Below are positions 13,867 to 28,000 of a DNA stretch of 64,000 nt, one piece after another. Numbering within the stretch: position 1 is the first letter of the stretch; every line of letters starts with the position of its first letter. The notes beneath the pieces are model-generated. The model had not been told where the DNA came from. It searched no databases and was given only the letters and a program-made list of their open reading frames with translations. Made by a program: the position numbers and the translations under genes. Origin of the DNA: Ptychomitrium polyphyllum (taxonomy: Eukaryota); assembly GCA_973851085.1 (NCBI GenBank), contig OZ316775.1, positions 10,602,001-10,666,000 of the forward strand, in the 5' to 3' direction.

Positions 13867-16679
13867 ATTATGGGAATGTTATAATTTTAATAATTGATAT
13901 AATATTTGTATTACAACCTATATATAATACAGATTTAATTTAGAATTCAAAAGAGTGGAAATTTTGAGTAATAAAAATATTGTTATGTATTTGGAAAGTA
14001 TGTTCCAATTTTATTAAAATATAAAAAATTAATTTTTTTTTGATGATTTAAAACCTTTATTTGATTTTTTGGATAGTAAATTTTATTAAAATCATAATTG
14101 GAACAATAAAATAATATAATATTTATTTATTTCACAAATAAAATAAAAATATAATAGCAATACTTTAATTCATTTAAATTATTTTTTCTTTCAAAGTAAT
14201 TAATTTTTGAAGTAAAATTTTATTTTCAATTAAATTATTTAAACTCAACAATATATTGGAGTATTCAAAAATAAATAAATTATGTGTGGATTATTAATCA
14301 TGAATACTAATATATATTTCATACTCATATTTTATATATTCAAAATCCATTACAACAATTGTTGTGTAATTGTAGCAACAACTTTTAGAATATTTGTAAA
14401 AGATATTCTTGCAAAGGAAATCATTGTGTGGAGTATATAAAGAAGTATGTGGTACATCCGCCCTTCAATCAATATAAATTAGAATATAAATTGTAACAAT
14501 TTTCATTTTTCTTTGAGGATATTGTAATAAGTTCTTTTAAGCCAGAATCACATTTCTTTTCTTCATATTCTATTGTGCATGTTTGTTATTTATTACATTA
14601 TGTTAACTTGCACATAATTCTTTGGTAATTGAAGCAATTAACCTTCACTATGGAAAGTGAAAAATAAATAATAAATAATAGAGAGAACATGTAGTAATGA
14701 ATGTATGTATGAATCTAAGTTGATAATTTGGAATACAAACTTCTTAAAAAATCAATGGAACATAAATTTTTCACTGGAATTGTACATTTAAATGATGGAA
14801 TTTTCCCTTAACAAATCCCGAAATACTGTTATATTATCTGTAAGTAGTTATCTACAAAAGTTGACCTGTAAAATTTGGTTACCGATTTTGCAATCAATAT
14901 ATTAAACACAACAATTAACCTGCCAAATGCTTCCAGTCCATGACCTCTAGCTTGTAAGATTTTGTTCAGACTGTCTGAGGACTTCAGCTGCTTTAATCCC
15001 GCATGTTTTGTACCATCATCTGAGACTTCAAATGCATGGAAATCATGTTTTTCTGGGACTTGTTATGTTCCCTAGAGGCTCAAATGTTTAGGATTTTGAC
15101 CTGGTTCCAAACATATAGAAAGGATATATACAGAACCATTGCAGGTAAGGCTGCTAACAGAAGTCCTACAAGTTGTACAAATTGTTTGTTTTAGTTTTTT
15201 TGAAAACACAAAGTCTTGAATTGTTTTGCATTCAACATATTTTTTTATATGCAATCATGCATGCCTCAAATTTCTAAGTTAAGGTAAGGTGGAACTGCCC
15301 ATTATCACTGCAAAAAGGAATGCTCCTTTTCTTTTTGCAAGAATTGTATAAATATTTGGTAGATGGATACTTAAATTTGAAATCCAATGCAACTCAAAAC
15401 ATAATTTTCTCATAAAATTTGAATCAAGATTGAAATTTTTAGAGAGTAATTTTTGCAAAAGCTTAAAATTATATAACATCATATTCATTATAATGGGAAA
15501 TTTTAAAATTCTAAAATAATTATTGGTGCAAAAACGCCTATAAGAAGTAAACTTTTTATCAAAAAATAGAGTCATTAGTTTGAAATCATATGACAAGTGT
15601 CCTACCAATTGCCAATTTTATCTATTTAAAGTTGTTCCTTGCCTTATGGTTTTTAATTTCTACCTGCGTTTATGGTGACATTATTAATTGGATGTATGGC
15701 AAGTAAAACCTAGAAAATTAATTTAAGCAATTAATTACATAATGCTAGTTTTCTTCTTCTTATGTAGAACCTTCCAATATAATCCATTAATCCTTTATTT
15801 GCATTCATTGACTGTATTAAAAAACATTATGCACGAGGTACTATCCATTAAAATTCTTTCGTTCATTTGGTCAAAATTGTGGTTTAAAATGGCCTAAAAA
15901 GTACTCCAAACACTTCATTCAAATTTAAAGCTTAAATGTGTAGAAGTAACCTCCTAATTATAAATGGATATTCAATATGACATTGAAGATAGTGCTCCAA
16001 AACCTACTTCTTGTATTACAAATCTAACTACAATAAGAGCATTACTTCCTTAAAGTCCATACTAGCGCATGTCGAAGTACTATATAAAAATACTATATTA
16101 TGTTTAAAGGACTTCACAATTCTAAAATACACCAAGCCAACTATATTGCTATTTGGCAATAAAGTTTGCTATACTTTCATGGATAATATTCAATTACATC
16201 TTAAAATTATTTGTTGTACATTTCTTTGACTCTTTTTGGTTTCTATACTTCCATACTATGATGATAGAATTTATATGCAACCACTCCTGAAATTAAATCT
16301 CCTCCATTTTTCATCTCAATTTCTTGCTAAATTTCATCCTACATAATAATTTTGTACTTGAGTTGCTTGTAGAAATGGACAAATATATTAGATCTTCATA
16401 TAATTAGGCCTTTCATGATTGTTGCTGGGATTGGATGTAACTTAAATAATCTATATTGGACACTAGCTCTTTGTAGAAGTTTGTTGAGATTATAAAGGAT
16501 GGTTGTAAGCAATTACAGACTTATCCAATAGAATGGTCATCTTTAGCATATTCCTTATAGATGCCACCTTCCACGGTGAATTGATTTTTAGAACTTGGTG
16601 CAAACCAAGACATGGGCCAAAATCCATTTTGGAAATTGTTATTCATCTCAAATAAAAGAACCAAAGTGGACTTCATAGC

Positions 16680-19600
16680 ACGTTAATAGTAGATTAAATA
16701 CTCATAATGCCATTTATATTTTTCAATGTAGTTTTTCTTCATTTATTGTAGATTGAAAGATAATACAAAGGAAATAGAATAATTAGACTTAATATCAAGA
16801 ATTAATAATCATGACAAGATACAAGGCCATAATATCTAAACTAATCGAGAAGCAATGCATTAGTGAGACAGAAGATCTCTTTAGCCTTGTTTTTTATATA
16901 TATTAAAACTACAAGCCTTTAAAGCTTCTTAAGAAGCTTCTAATACAATTTCTTGTATTCAAATGACCTTTGTTTGCTTTGTTGGATACTGCTTTCGTAA
17001 AAATAACTTCCTTGGAAGCTTCTTTAACCAAGGTAATTTCCTTAAAAACTTCCTTAATCTTCTTGAATCTTTTTGTAGCCTTCTTGAATCTTTCTGAAAC
17101 TTCTTAGAAGCTTCTTATATGTATGTGAATGACATCATCCCCTCTTCTAGCTTCAAAGTCTCTTAAGAGCATGTTACAATAAGTATTAGGCACACAAGAA
17201 ACAAGAAACAGAAACGAAGTATTTCCCAAGAGTTAGCTTCCAAAGAGCTAATGATTAACAAAAACTTGATACAAAGACTAGAACAAGGCAGGATTCAAGA
17301 TGATCCACAACTTGTGTTGGCAAGACTAAGGAATACCTTGTCTTGCCTCCTATCTATACTATGATGTTTGTATACCCTAAGATACTTCTAAAGAAGCTTC
17401 CTACAAGGCTTAAGAATGTTTTGGAAGTCTAAGGAACCTTCTTAAGAAGTTTCTTAAGATGTTGGAACCTTCCTAAGAAGCTTCTAAGGAATTGGAACCT
17501 TCCTTGGAAATTTCCTAAGGTAGCGGAACCTTCTTAGGAAGTTTCCTAAGGTGATGGAATCTTTGTAGGAAGTTTCCTAAGAAGTTACCTAAGATGATAG
17601 AACTTTCATAGGAAATTTCCTAAGGTGGAAGAACTTTCATAGGAAACTTCCTAAGAACATAAAAAAGCTATGGAGACATATAAAAGTGTTTTAAGAAGCT
17701 ATTATAATATACTAGAAGATTCTAGAATGTTCTAAGGACTATGTTGCATGATCTATGTCCGTAACAATAAGTCGAAGCTATAGAAAGTCAAAAATTTGTC
17801 ACATAGTATTTGCAACGTATTCCAATTGTTTTTCACAATTCAAATAAGTCATGAGTCTTTGCAACCATCAGTAATCACCAACGCCTTTTACTTAAAATCA
17901 AACATAACCTTTTGTATTCTTATTGAAAAAATATCTTTCAAACATCACTTTTGTATGAATTTTATGGACAAGTTCTATTTCAAAGACAATCACCAACAAT
18001 CTATTATTAAGTATCATTTATTGGAAAATTGGCAAGATTATTAGTTAGCTCTCGTATACATTCACAAGTATTATATTTATGCCAATGGACCAAATATTTC
18101 AACTTCCCACATTTTATTTGCAAATCAAGCACTTCTTTATAATCACATTCATAATAATCATTGATTTTTATCACAATGTCATGGTAATTATCTTTGGTTA
18201 CAGTTAGTTGATACCTTGTAGGCTTCTAAACGTGAAATGTGGAAGATTAATGTACTTTCATTGATGCTAGTAGCTTTAAACAATATATCACATGATAAAT
18301 TTGTTTTTGGACTGCAAATTGTTCCAACGTCCAATAGTCGAATTTGTCACATAGCTTGTTAGTTTTTATATTATGTCAAAGTAGCCACACCTTATCACCA
18401 ACTTAAAATGAAGGTTGTTCTTTCTTTATTGCATGTACCGCTGCCTTATATTATTCTTGAGCTTTTTTTAATAGAGTCTTCATGGTTGTTTGAAGCTTTG
18501 CAATTTTTGTAAGAAATTCCTTCGCTATTGAATTTTCAAATCTTAGAAGCTATAACTCAATGATGTCTATATTTGAAGTAGAATGGCATGTGATGAGTAG
18601 AAGTGTGAAGAAACCTTTTTTAAAAATAAATAAGATGTTTAAAAATCTTATTGATAGTTGGTTGTGCAATTCAAAAATTGCTCCAAGATTTTATTGACTT
18701 GCTCTATTTAGCCATTAGTTTGGAATGGAAACTGAAGAAAGTCTAATGTGGACCTTGAAGGTTTTAAAGAAGAACTTCTAAAACCATAGTATGAATTGTA
18801 GCCTACTATTTAATTTAATATTGTCTAATAATCCATGATAGCAATAGGTAATATGCATAAAGAACTAAGTTGTCACTTCTCATGTGATTGTTTTCTTGCA
18901 AGGTACAAAATGTGCCATCTTGATTAGCCAACCAACAACTACAAAGATATTGTCAAATGAATTAGAAAGAAGAATATCCGTAATGAAGTTTATAGAAACC
19001 ATTAATTACAATTGCTTTGGAATTGTTAGTGGTTGAAGAAGATCATTTGGATGATGTTGAGGGTTTTTTGACTTAGAGCAAATGTTATATGGGAGTACAA
19101 ATTCCTTGACACCCTTCTACATTTGAGGTTACTAAAATTGTCGAGAAAGTAATTTTGAGCTTTTGTTAAATCCAAAATGTTCAGCTCATTGAAAGTTGTA
19201 GCGTCCTTGAAGATTTCAAAGGTGGATTGATCCTTCAAGAATATATAGAAGTTTTTCAAAATACAATAGACCTTCTCAAACTTAAAGTATCTTGAATTTT
19301 TTGATAGATTGCTAGAATGATGTTTAATATCAAGAATAAGAGGGTCCGCAGCAAATGTTTTACAAACTTGATCAAGGAATGATAAATCCTTTGGCATAGA
19401 AATAGTGGTTCCTTTATAAATTAAAAAATATTGATTTTTATAAATATAGACTATTATTGATCAAATATAGCCTTTTGTTCCTTTGATGCAAGGTATGATT
19501 GCCTTGATAGGGCATTTGACAATCATTGCAATTTTCCAAAATGATATGTGATGTTAAAATTGAATCTAAATAGTTTCTATTTAGATTAAATAATTTTTGA

Positions 19601-20208
19601 AGTTTGCAAATCCAAAAAACCTACAATTCATATTATGGTTTAGAAGTTTCTCTTTAAAAAACTATTTCTAAAGTTTGCAAATCCAAAAAAACAATGGATA
19701 TAGCATATTATTTTTGGAATTGTCTACTTATTGATGGTGTTAATTTTCATTGAATCCATTAGTAGGGCTTCTTTGAAAATATTATAAGCAAAGAAATCTA
19801 CTTGTGGCTTGTAGAATATACACTTTTCTAGCTTGGTGTACACCCTAGTATTTTGTAGTTTTTGCAAAACAATTCAGACGTGTTGTTCATATTTTGTTGG
19901 ATCCTTTAAATATGATAAAATATCATCTAAGTAATATACAACAAAACCAATGAAAAAATCACAAAATGTATTTTTTATTAGATGTCTTGAATTGAAGATT
20001 TCTTTAGCCTTAACTCCTTTATATGTTAGAACTACAAGCCTTGAAAGTTTCTTTAAAAACTTCCAAAATAATTTTTTATACTCAAATAACCTCAGATTAT
20101 TTTATTTAATACTTCCTTAGCCAATATAACTTCTTTGGAAGCTTCCTTGACCTTCTTGAACTTTCTAGAACCTTCCTAGAAACTTTTAATAAATATATCC
20201 ATGTCACA
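16680..20208 (-). mobile_element. Degenerate Ty3/Gypsy (chromovirus-type) retrotransposon with deleted gag/5' RT
   Basis: Minus-strand relics: RT 'VVYYLDDIL...KLEKCIF' (~19820-19950), integrase 'VSINFITDILLSNSFDNIFVVVGWLIKMAHFVPCKK' (~18890-19000) and a chromodomain-like tail. A PPT (AGAAGAGGGGATGA) precedes TGTCA at ~17135. LTR homology is seen between ~16870-17130 and ~19990-20208. Many stops and frameshifts; left boundary approximate. Confidence 0.8.
17184..17766 (-). mobile_element. Solo LTR nested in the Gypsy element
   Basis: Flanked by the direct repeat ATAAG (17179-17183 and 17767-17771). Begins TGTTACGGAC on the minus strand and carries degenerate ~30-bp GGAACCTTCCTAAGAAG repeats (17430-17660). 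Homologous to 28670-29037. Confidence 0.75.
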
Positions 20209-20479
20209 TAATGCTCTCTTAGTGCACAATGAATTCAACAATTTCTTTTATACTTTCATTAAAGTTCTTCATGCGCTTAGAAATAAATGCCAAGAGATTA
20301 ATATTTGGAAGAATAGATCTTCTGTCGCAATCTTCTTTCCACAGTTTAATTCCACTTTCATCTCAGAGTAGACAATCATTATTCATGCAATATATCTTGT
20401 ATTACATCCAAAGAATGCCATTGGAATCCACATAGAACTTAGTTCTTATGTCTTTATATGTCTTTGGAAGACCTTATCA

Positions 20480-20830
20480 TTCAGCACAATGTAATTTGCA
20501 ATAAATCCTTTGAAGTCCAACACTTCTTTAATGAGATGGAAATAATTAAATTGATTCAACATCCATAAAATACTTCATGAAAAGCAGAATGGATGGATAA
20601 TAGTTTTGCTTCAATTGCATATTCCACCTTCGAAACAAGGTGGCAATGTTTATTATGTATGTGACCAACCAACATGAAACTCACATACACCTCTAAAATT
20701 ACTTCTTTTGCCACAAGAAAGAATAAAAAATAGAATACAAAGCAATTCTTATTATTTGAAGCAGCATTGTTGAATTGAGTTAGTAGAATTGGCAACAATA
20801 CAATAAATATATCATTTGGATACTTGTACA
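20480..20830 (-). mobile_element. Relic of a Sola-like DDD transposase
   Basis: Translation 'LLTQFNNAASNNKNCFVFYFLFFLVAKEVILEVYVSFMLVGHIHN', then after a frameshift 'NIATLFRRWNMQLK...EVLDFKGFI'. This matches the QxDNxxxxNKN...FLxVGHTHxDID pattern of Sola-type transposases. Confidence 0.6.
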
Positions 20831-23762
20831 CTTTGCCCATTCTTATATTTTGTTCATTTTTATAAAATTTCAATTCTAAGAAAATGGATTTAAAAATAGT
20901 TGATAATAATTTAGCTTTTTCAAAAAGAAAAAATAGTAAAATTAAAGTATAGATGATCTAGAAATTAAAAAAATTCTTGCTCTAAAACTTCACATTACAT
21001 AATATGTAGTTTTGAAAGTATCTTTTGCAATTCGAAAATTTGAAGGTTTGATGATGACTATTGTATACGATCTTTATTTTATCTTTATGCAATTTTGACT
21101 CAATTTATATTTGAAATATCTTATACATATTATTATAATGATTTTGAAATGATTTAATAGCTTTCATTCTAGAAAACATCAAAATTAAGTTAAATCCAAC
21201 ATTGTCAATTATACTACATCTTCACTTGCTAATCGTTGAGAAAAGATTCACATACAATATTATATTAAAACAACCATTAGATAAAGTTGGTTTATTTTAA
21301 GATGGTCCTATGTTAAATTATTTGTAAATAAAACTTCCTTGTTTGTTATGTTTATAGAAAGTGTTTCTAGAATATGTGTTTTTTACAAATACAAGTTTCC
21401 AATAATTTATGAAGCATAAAAGCATACTTGATTTAGAACCTTAGGAGAGTGATTAAAAGAACAATTTAGAAAGCTTTCACCACCTAAGGCAAACAAAAAG
21501 TTCACTTGGAAGAGCTTGACTTGTTTTAAGGAGGTTATATATTGACCATAGATTTCTTTAACCATATTTATAGTCAATATGTTTCTCACTAATTTTTATA
21601 TGATTTTTTTTGGAAATTTATTTTTCAAAAGAAATTACAAAGGAAAAAACTGAGTAGAAGAGAATATTTTCTTATAAAATCTATTTTTAAGAATCATTAA
21701 AATATTTGTGTTATTACTAGTCTTGAATATGACATGCTATTAGAGCCATTTTTAAACCCAAACTTTTTTCTTCACAAAATAAGTGAATGACCTAAGATGC
21801 ATATATTAAGTGTGTATGTCAATTGAGTAAATGAAACTTTACAACATTAAATATGTGTTCTAGTCATAAATGCAAATTACATGAAAAAAAGAGGAGAGAT
21901 CACTAATGAGATTTTGGTTGAGAAAGGAGTGAGTTACAAATACCTCTCATGTGTATGGACTTAAACTAATCTTAGCTTGCTGCAAGTTTCTTTCATGCAA
22001 AAATGTTGCAGGTGATTGAGCCAGGTTTCAATATGGAGGCAGAGAGGCCCCAAGCTGGCTGGATGATGATGAGCACTGGAGTCATTGAAATTGTCAGAGA
22101 GATCAGGGGCCGACAAAGAAGTTGTCATAAAATCTCTAACAAATCTGGAGTCCGCACTAGCACATTGGAGCTTTGTGCACAATGAAAGAGATTTCTACCC
22201 CTTTACAAACATTAAAAGCCATAGCCCGATGACCCTACTTTCAATACTTGTTTGATTGCAGTATCCAAATTTTGCACAGCTTCGTGATTTACCTAACCTC
22301 AACAGAATATTCTTTAGCAATCCTGCTGATCATTCTGGAATAAAGGGCTGAGCCCAAGGAGTCTCTAGTTTGAATATTCATAACTTATTCTTGTACTTTT
22401 TATATAACACATTTTAAAGTACGTTGAGAATCTATCTATACACAAGATATGGTCCAATAAATAAAAATTGTAATTTATTAATATTAAATACATTTACTTG
22501 CCTTACAATTGCAATTATAGATGTTGTTATCTTGCACCTGACTCACCTCAAGAATATTATGGATATTTTGATAGTTTCCATTAGACTTAGACATAATATT
22601 CTTTAACAATTAAATTAGGTCATCCATAACCATGTTTGTAAAGAAAATGGATTTGGTTATTATCAATTAATGAGTAAATTTTTTATACTAAATTTTTGAT
22701 ACTGTAAGTGCTTTAAAGTCGTCACCTGATTCACCTAAATCTTCAATTTTTGACCATTTATCATAAGTTCTAGATGTAATTTTTAAGGTAATCCTTAGAA
22801 AGAGGGCTACTATGATTTTAGAATGTTATGGAAATAGTAACAGCATACTATAACATTGCAAATAGTCTGTAGGACCTATGAGGACCTATTCCACTCAGGA
22901 GGGTTATACCACAGCCAACACAGATTTTGCATTGTTTGGTAATTTGTAACTGCTTTACCTTGCAGTGGTTGGTGATTGGCTTGTGTGGACTCCCAGTTGG
23001 CATGTGACATTGACTTCCAGCCCCTAAGAGTTTAAGTAGTGGTCAATGGTAGGGTGAGGGTAGTTTAGACTAATATGACAAATTTAAGTGTAAAGCAATG
23101 GAGGTTTAAAGTCAAGGTCAGAGGACAGTTGTTAATTCTGACAATTCATAGCAATCGTACCTTAGGTTTGAATACAACTTTTGGCATAATATCTGCTACT
23201 GTATGCAACTGTTGGGAGCCACATAACTCAGAACCAACTAATTAACAGGAGCTATACATTCCTTGGTGAATTACAAATATGCCTCCCCCCTTTACTCAAA
23301 AGTCATACTTTCAATGCATTTGTAATCTACTTTGCAAGGTGTAATGTTCATTCATTCAGCTACAGGCTTGGAGATTTTACTTAACTTTTTGCAGCCATGG
23401 CCAGGTCTGTCATATCAGCAGATATGCCCTGTGCCCAGCCATCATAGCTCAAAGGTTACTGTTCATGTGCTGTTGTGTTTCTGGTTAACTTTCTTATTTT
23501 GATATAATTTTGGTTTTTTAGTTTTGATTTGCAAAATACTTATTTTATTTGATCAAGTTTAAGTTTTTGTATTGGCTTATTCTTCTCTACATGAAGTTTA
23601 CAATATAGAAACACATCTTTGCATGCTGAAAGATGTCCTATACAAATTTTAGAAAATGCTGTAATAGAGGTTTGACTATTGATTACTTGTTTGGTTTAAG
23701 AGTATTTGATGATATATACATTTTACTGTTTAGGTTTGATACTGCATGTTGAGGTTTGTTGT

Positions 23763-24510
23763 TGTGATGTGGGCGGCTTTGTGGTTGAAACATAGATAAT
23801 TGTGTGTTTTGATGTTATTTTAAGTGTATGATTCAATTAATATTTGGTGGTATTATGAATTATGTATTAGTTGTGTTAATGGAGAAAGCTTAAAAGAAGG
23901 ATTAGGTAAAAACATGAAAAGAACTAATTGGGAATAGGTGGAAGTAGGGCATGATTTTATTCAAAGTAATTGATATAGATGGATGAATATAGAAAAAATC
24001 AAGTGGATTGAATTATGGTAGCTCTTTATTGGACTACATGATGTTGGTTTTTTTAACTACTAAATGGTATTGATATCTTATTAAATGGCATGGTAGTGGC
24101 TTTTCTATAACCTTCTTCAATTGTTTCCTTTTAGTTAATGAGGCAAGATGAATTGAGGATTTAAAAAATAAGGAGAGGGATGTTAAGGCATTTTAATATT
24201 GGTTATTATGGAACATTTGATTTTGAATGAAATTTGAGGATACAAGTGAGCTTTATAAGGCTTGTGAGTGTTGGAATGAGCTTAGAAATATTAGAAGATG
24301 CTCAAAGTGCAAAAATTGCATCTTTATCTTAAGTATAGAGTAGCATAATTTGAATTAAGGATTTAATCCATTGCAAATAATTGGAAAAGTTTTGATACTA
24401 TATTTTAGATATGAGGTCTTGATGAAATATTAGAATAATATTCAAATTTTGAAGACTTGATTTTTATTGGAAGTAAAAAAGAGCATCAAAATGAAAGGGT
24501 CTAGAAATTA
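23763..24510 (+). mobile_element. More diverged relative of the 13011/33040 LTR-like family
   Basis: Starts TGTGATGTGGGCGGCTTTGTGG (cf. TGTGATGTAGGCCGCTTTGTGG at 33040). GAGCATCAAAATGAAAGGGTCTAGAA at 24481 resembles 33618-33646. Right end uncertain. Confidence 0.45.
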
Positions 24511-26980
24511 TAGCAACTAAATGGAACATTGTCGTAATACAAATTCACATAATATGTAAAAATCAATTTAGGCAAGTGTGAGAGTAGAGCTTTGAGATGA
24601 TTGGAGAATTGAAGGATTGCAAAGGGGATTTTTGGATTGATTCAAGTTCTGTGCTGGAGGGCAAACACTAGAGAATGGGCTATCACAAGTGAGATTCTTC
24701 TAGACAGCTGTTGCCATGCCAGGCAATGTATAGGAGCAAAAGGCAGCTGCTAATGGGGCACTAGCAAACAAGAGCACATGAACAAGATCAATGCAACACT
24801 AGATTAGAGAGATGTGAGTGTTTGTATTTGGATACGGAGGGGAATGAGATTTTGGATAGAATGAGGAAATTGGATAGAGGTGTGAGTTTGGTGGAGCATG
24901 ATTTTGTGTGTATTTGAGAAGTGTTATATTAATGTAATTCCTTAATTTATCAAGGTTTTTTAATACTAGTACTTTTTTTTACATTGTCTTGTAATTTGTT
25001 GAGTAATTAGTGGCAACTAGACGCCTAATGCCTTTTGAAGGCAAGGCAATTTTATTTCAAAAATACTAAAATATTTATTAATTCATGGTTTTAAAGGGAA
25101 TGTTTGTATAAGACAAGTTAATTTGATGATAAATATATGTTGGTAATACTTTTAAGTGGCACAAAGAAATACTTCAATAAAAACCTTTAATTTTTCAAAT
25201 AGATATCACATTTATATAATACTACCTTTCTTCCAACACAACCATGCAAACATGTAAGAATTTTTTTATCATGCAATGAAAACATGGTCCATTGCATTAT
25301 ATTTCTAATTTTAAATATTTAAACATTGCAATATGATACAAATGTAGCAAAATAATTCATACAAATAAACCAAATGGCATTGCACAAGTTCCTCTACTAA
25401 AGATGCATTAAGCAAATGCATAAGATTCTTATGGACCATCAAAACAATAAAAGAAAAAATATTTGAGTTGGAAAAAGCTAGTTTTTAACATGATTAAGGA
25501 GAAAAATAAGGGATATTTGAATATACTATATTGAAAAGATTTGCAAGAGTTGATATGCATTAGTGTGGCTAAATTAGCAAGATTTTTGAAAAAGTGACAA
25601 ATATAGGTGGCACTCTTTGCATCTAATATGGCTTTTAATGCTAGTATGAATGATATAAGATTTCAAAAAATAAGCAATCATAACAATGTTGGTAAATAAA
25701 CTTTAAGTGGCAATGTGAGTTTAATTATTAAAAACAAAAGTAAATAATTTGCAACATTTTTTAAGAAGTATAATGGAATGGCTATATTATAAACCGACAC
25801 TAAATCCACAACATATATAAGATTTATTCAATGCCAAAAACAAGAATTTATATCCAATTAAATAAGAGGAAAATTAATATGACAATGTTTAACTTAATAT
25901 GAGGTTATATGGCTAAATTCCAATAATTTGTGCAAATCAATTATAGCGTGGTGTATAAAGTTTTTATATAATATCATATGATTTATTACTATCCATATTA
26001 ATCTAGCCTTAGAATTAATTAATATTAGATGAAGCAAAAACAATTAATGTTTAGCAAATTTGTACTAGCCATCTTTCCAATAGCTTTAATTGTGTACATT
26101 AAAGATTTTATATAGAAAGTATAAAGATAGAAGTAAATGCGGATCTTCACACTATTCCACCTCCACTTCAAACTCTTATTCTCCATTTTATGGTACATTG
26201 GCTCATTGGAGCATTATTTTACATGCAACATAGAATGATCCATTTATGTAGATGCAAATATTTCAAGTGAAGTTTGTACAAATTTTGTTTGTGTTGCACA
26301 CAAAACCATCTTAAGCAACAATTGTAATGTACAACAAGGTGCCAATGGAAATTTATTGAATTCACAAGTGCTCTTTATATGAGCACCAATTGCAATTTCA
26401 CATTCTTAGTACTTGTAAATGTAATTTAAAAATGTAGGAATAAAAAAAGGAATTCCTTTATTCATTAAATTTTTTCATAAGTAATAATAAAAAGTTAGTA
26501 GAAACCAGTGGAAGCATTGTAAATATAAGCAAGCCTATTAAAGCTTAGAGTGATATAAGGTAGAAATTTGAATTTAGATATTTGAGAACAATTTATAATA
26601 CTAAAGGAAGGATGGTTGATTTACTCAGAAAATTGCCTAATTGACTTTATTAAACCATGCAATGGTCTTGCAAGCCATATTAAAATTGGCAACATTCATT
26701 AGCAGTATCAATGCATTTAAGCCAAAGATATTTGCTTTTGCACTTGCTTCTATCTAGCTTGTTGTTTTTGCTTCAAACCATGGCATCAAAAATGCTATAG
26801 GCAATAACTTAAATCCTATTGTAGAATGCAAAAAGAACATCATAAATGGAAAACCAAATGGCATCAATATTAATTTTTAGATTAAATGGAAAATTGGATG
26901 AAATATGAAAGTAAAACAAGACAATGTAATTTATTTTTTCTCAAAATTTTCCTTTTAAAATAATAGATTCTAGATGTTTT

Positions 26981-27066
26981 AAATAAACACGTTTCTAACA
27001 TTTACTTATTCATATTTATGTATAAATAAACACGTTTCTAACATTTACTTATTCATATTTATGTAT
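26981..27066. repeat. Perfect 43-bp tandem duplication
   Basis: AAATAAACACGTTTCTAACATTTACTTATTCATATTTATGTAT occurs twice (26981-27023, 27024-27066). Confidence 0.95.
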
Positions 27067-27149
27067 AGAGAAAAGTCAAAGAATGTCCAATTGTTTTTTT
27101 ATAAAATTATCTTTGAATTTGAAACATAAATTTTTATTAACACTTCAAG

Positions 27150-28000
27150 GAAAAAAAATTAAATTATAATAAGACAATAAATAAATAAATTGGTGATAAA
27201 ATATGCATACCACATATATGCCAACATGATAGGCCATTCCTAATTTGTTGACATAGATTGCATGTTTAATAAGAAATTTAGAAAAAATGAGAGAAATTTT
27301 TTTATTACATGCAAAAAAACATGGTTTACTTGAAAGGAACGTCAAAAAAAATAAAAATATAAGAATCCTCCATTTTCTCTAAGTTTTATTGATAAGTAAG
27401 AAAGATTGTTGTATTCACTTATAATTCTTGTATGCATAATCCATGTAGGATGGCTGAGCAGAATTACTTTATTTTGAGATTATCATTTATACTAATCTTT
27501 CATATATCTCTCTTACCATGCCAACTTGTTTTTAGTTTATCTAAAGTAAAAGAATAAAGTTTAACACAATTTATAATAAGTACAATAATTAATCAAAATG
27601 CTTTTATTTAAACTTCATTTACACTTTTATTATCTTTTGATAATGTACTAATAATGGCCTATATTACAAGGTAATACCAAATTGATTAGCATTAGTGACT
27701 AATTTGTACAAACCAAAATATTTTAACGTCCTACAATCATTTGTAGAGCCCAACATTCCAACCATAGTTTCAAGACTTTTTATTCAATTATTAAAATAGG
27801 TGTGGTCTTTAGCATCCACTACTTTTTAAATATTTCAAGTTTGTAGGGATTAGCACATATTCTTCAACAACCCACTTTCTATGGATCACAAACTATTGCT
27901 AGCAAAAATATCATATTCTATTTTTCAATTTAAGGACAAAATATGGTACCATTCAACAGATGGAATCATTAAAAAATTCATCAATTAATAAGTATCATCA
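27150..28000 (-). mobile_element. Relic of a PIF/Harbinger-like (DDE_Tnp_4) transposase
   Basis: Minus-strand 'KVVDAK...TMVGMLGSTNDCRTLK' (~27720-27830) resembles the vvD...vGwpGSxnDarvl motif. An upstream 'NGTIF' resembles IDGTH, and a downstream 'IYVVCIFYHQF' resembles iiacciLHNf. Heavily degraded. Confidence 0.5.
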
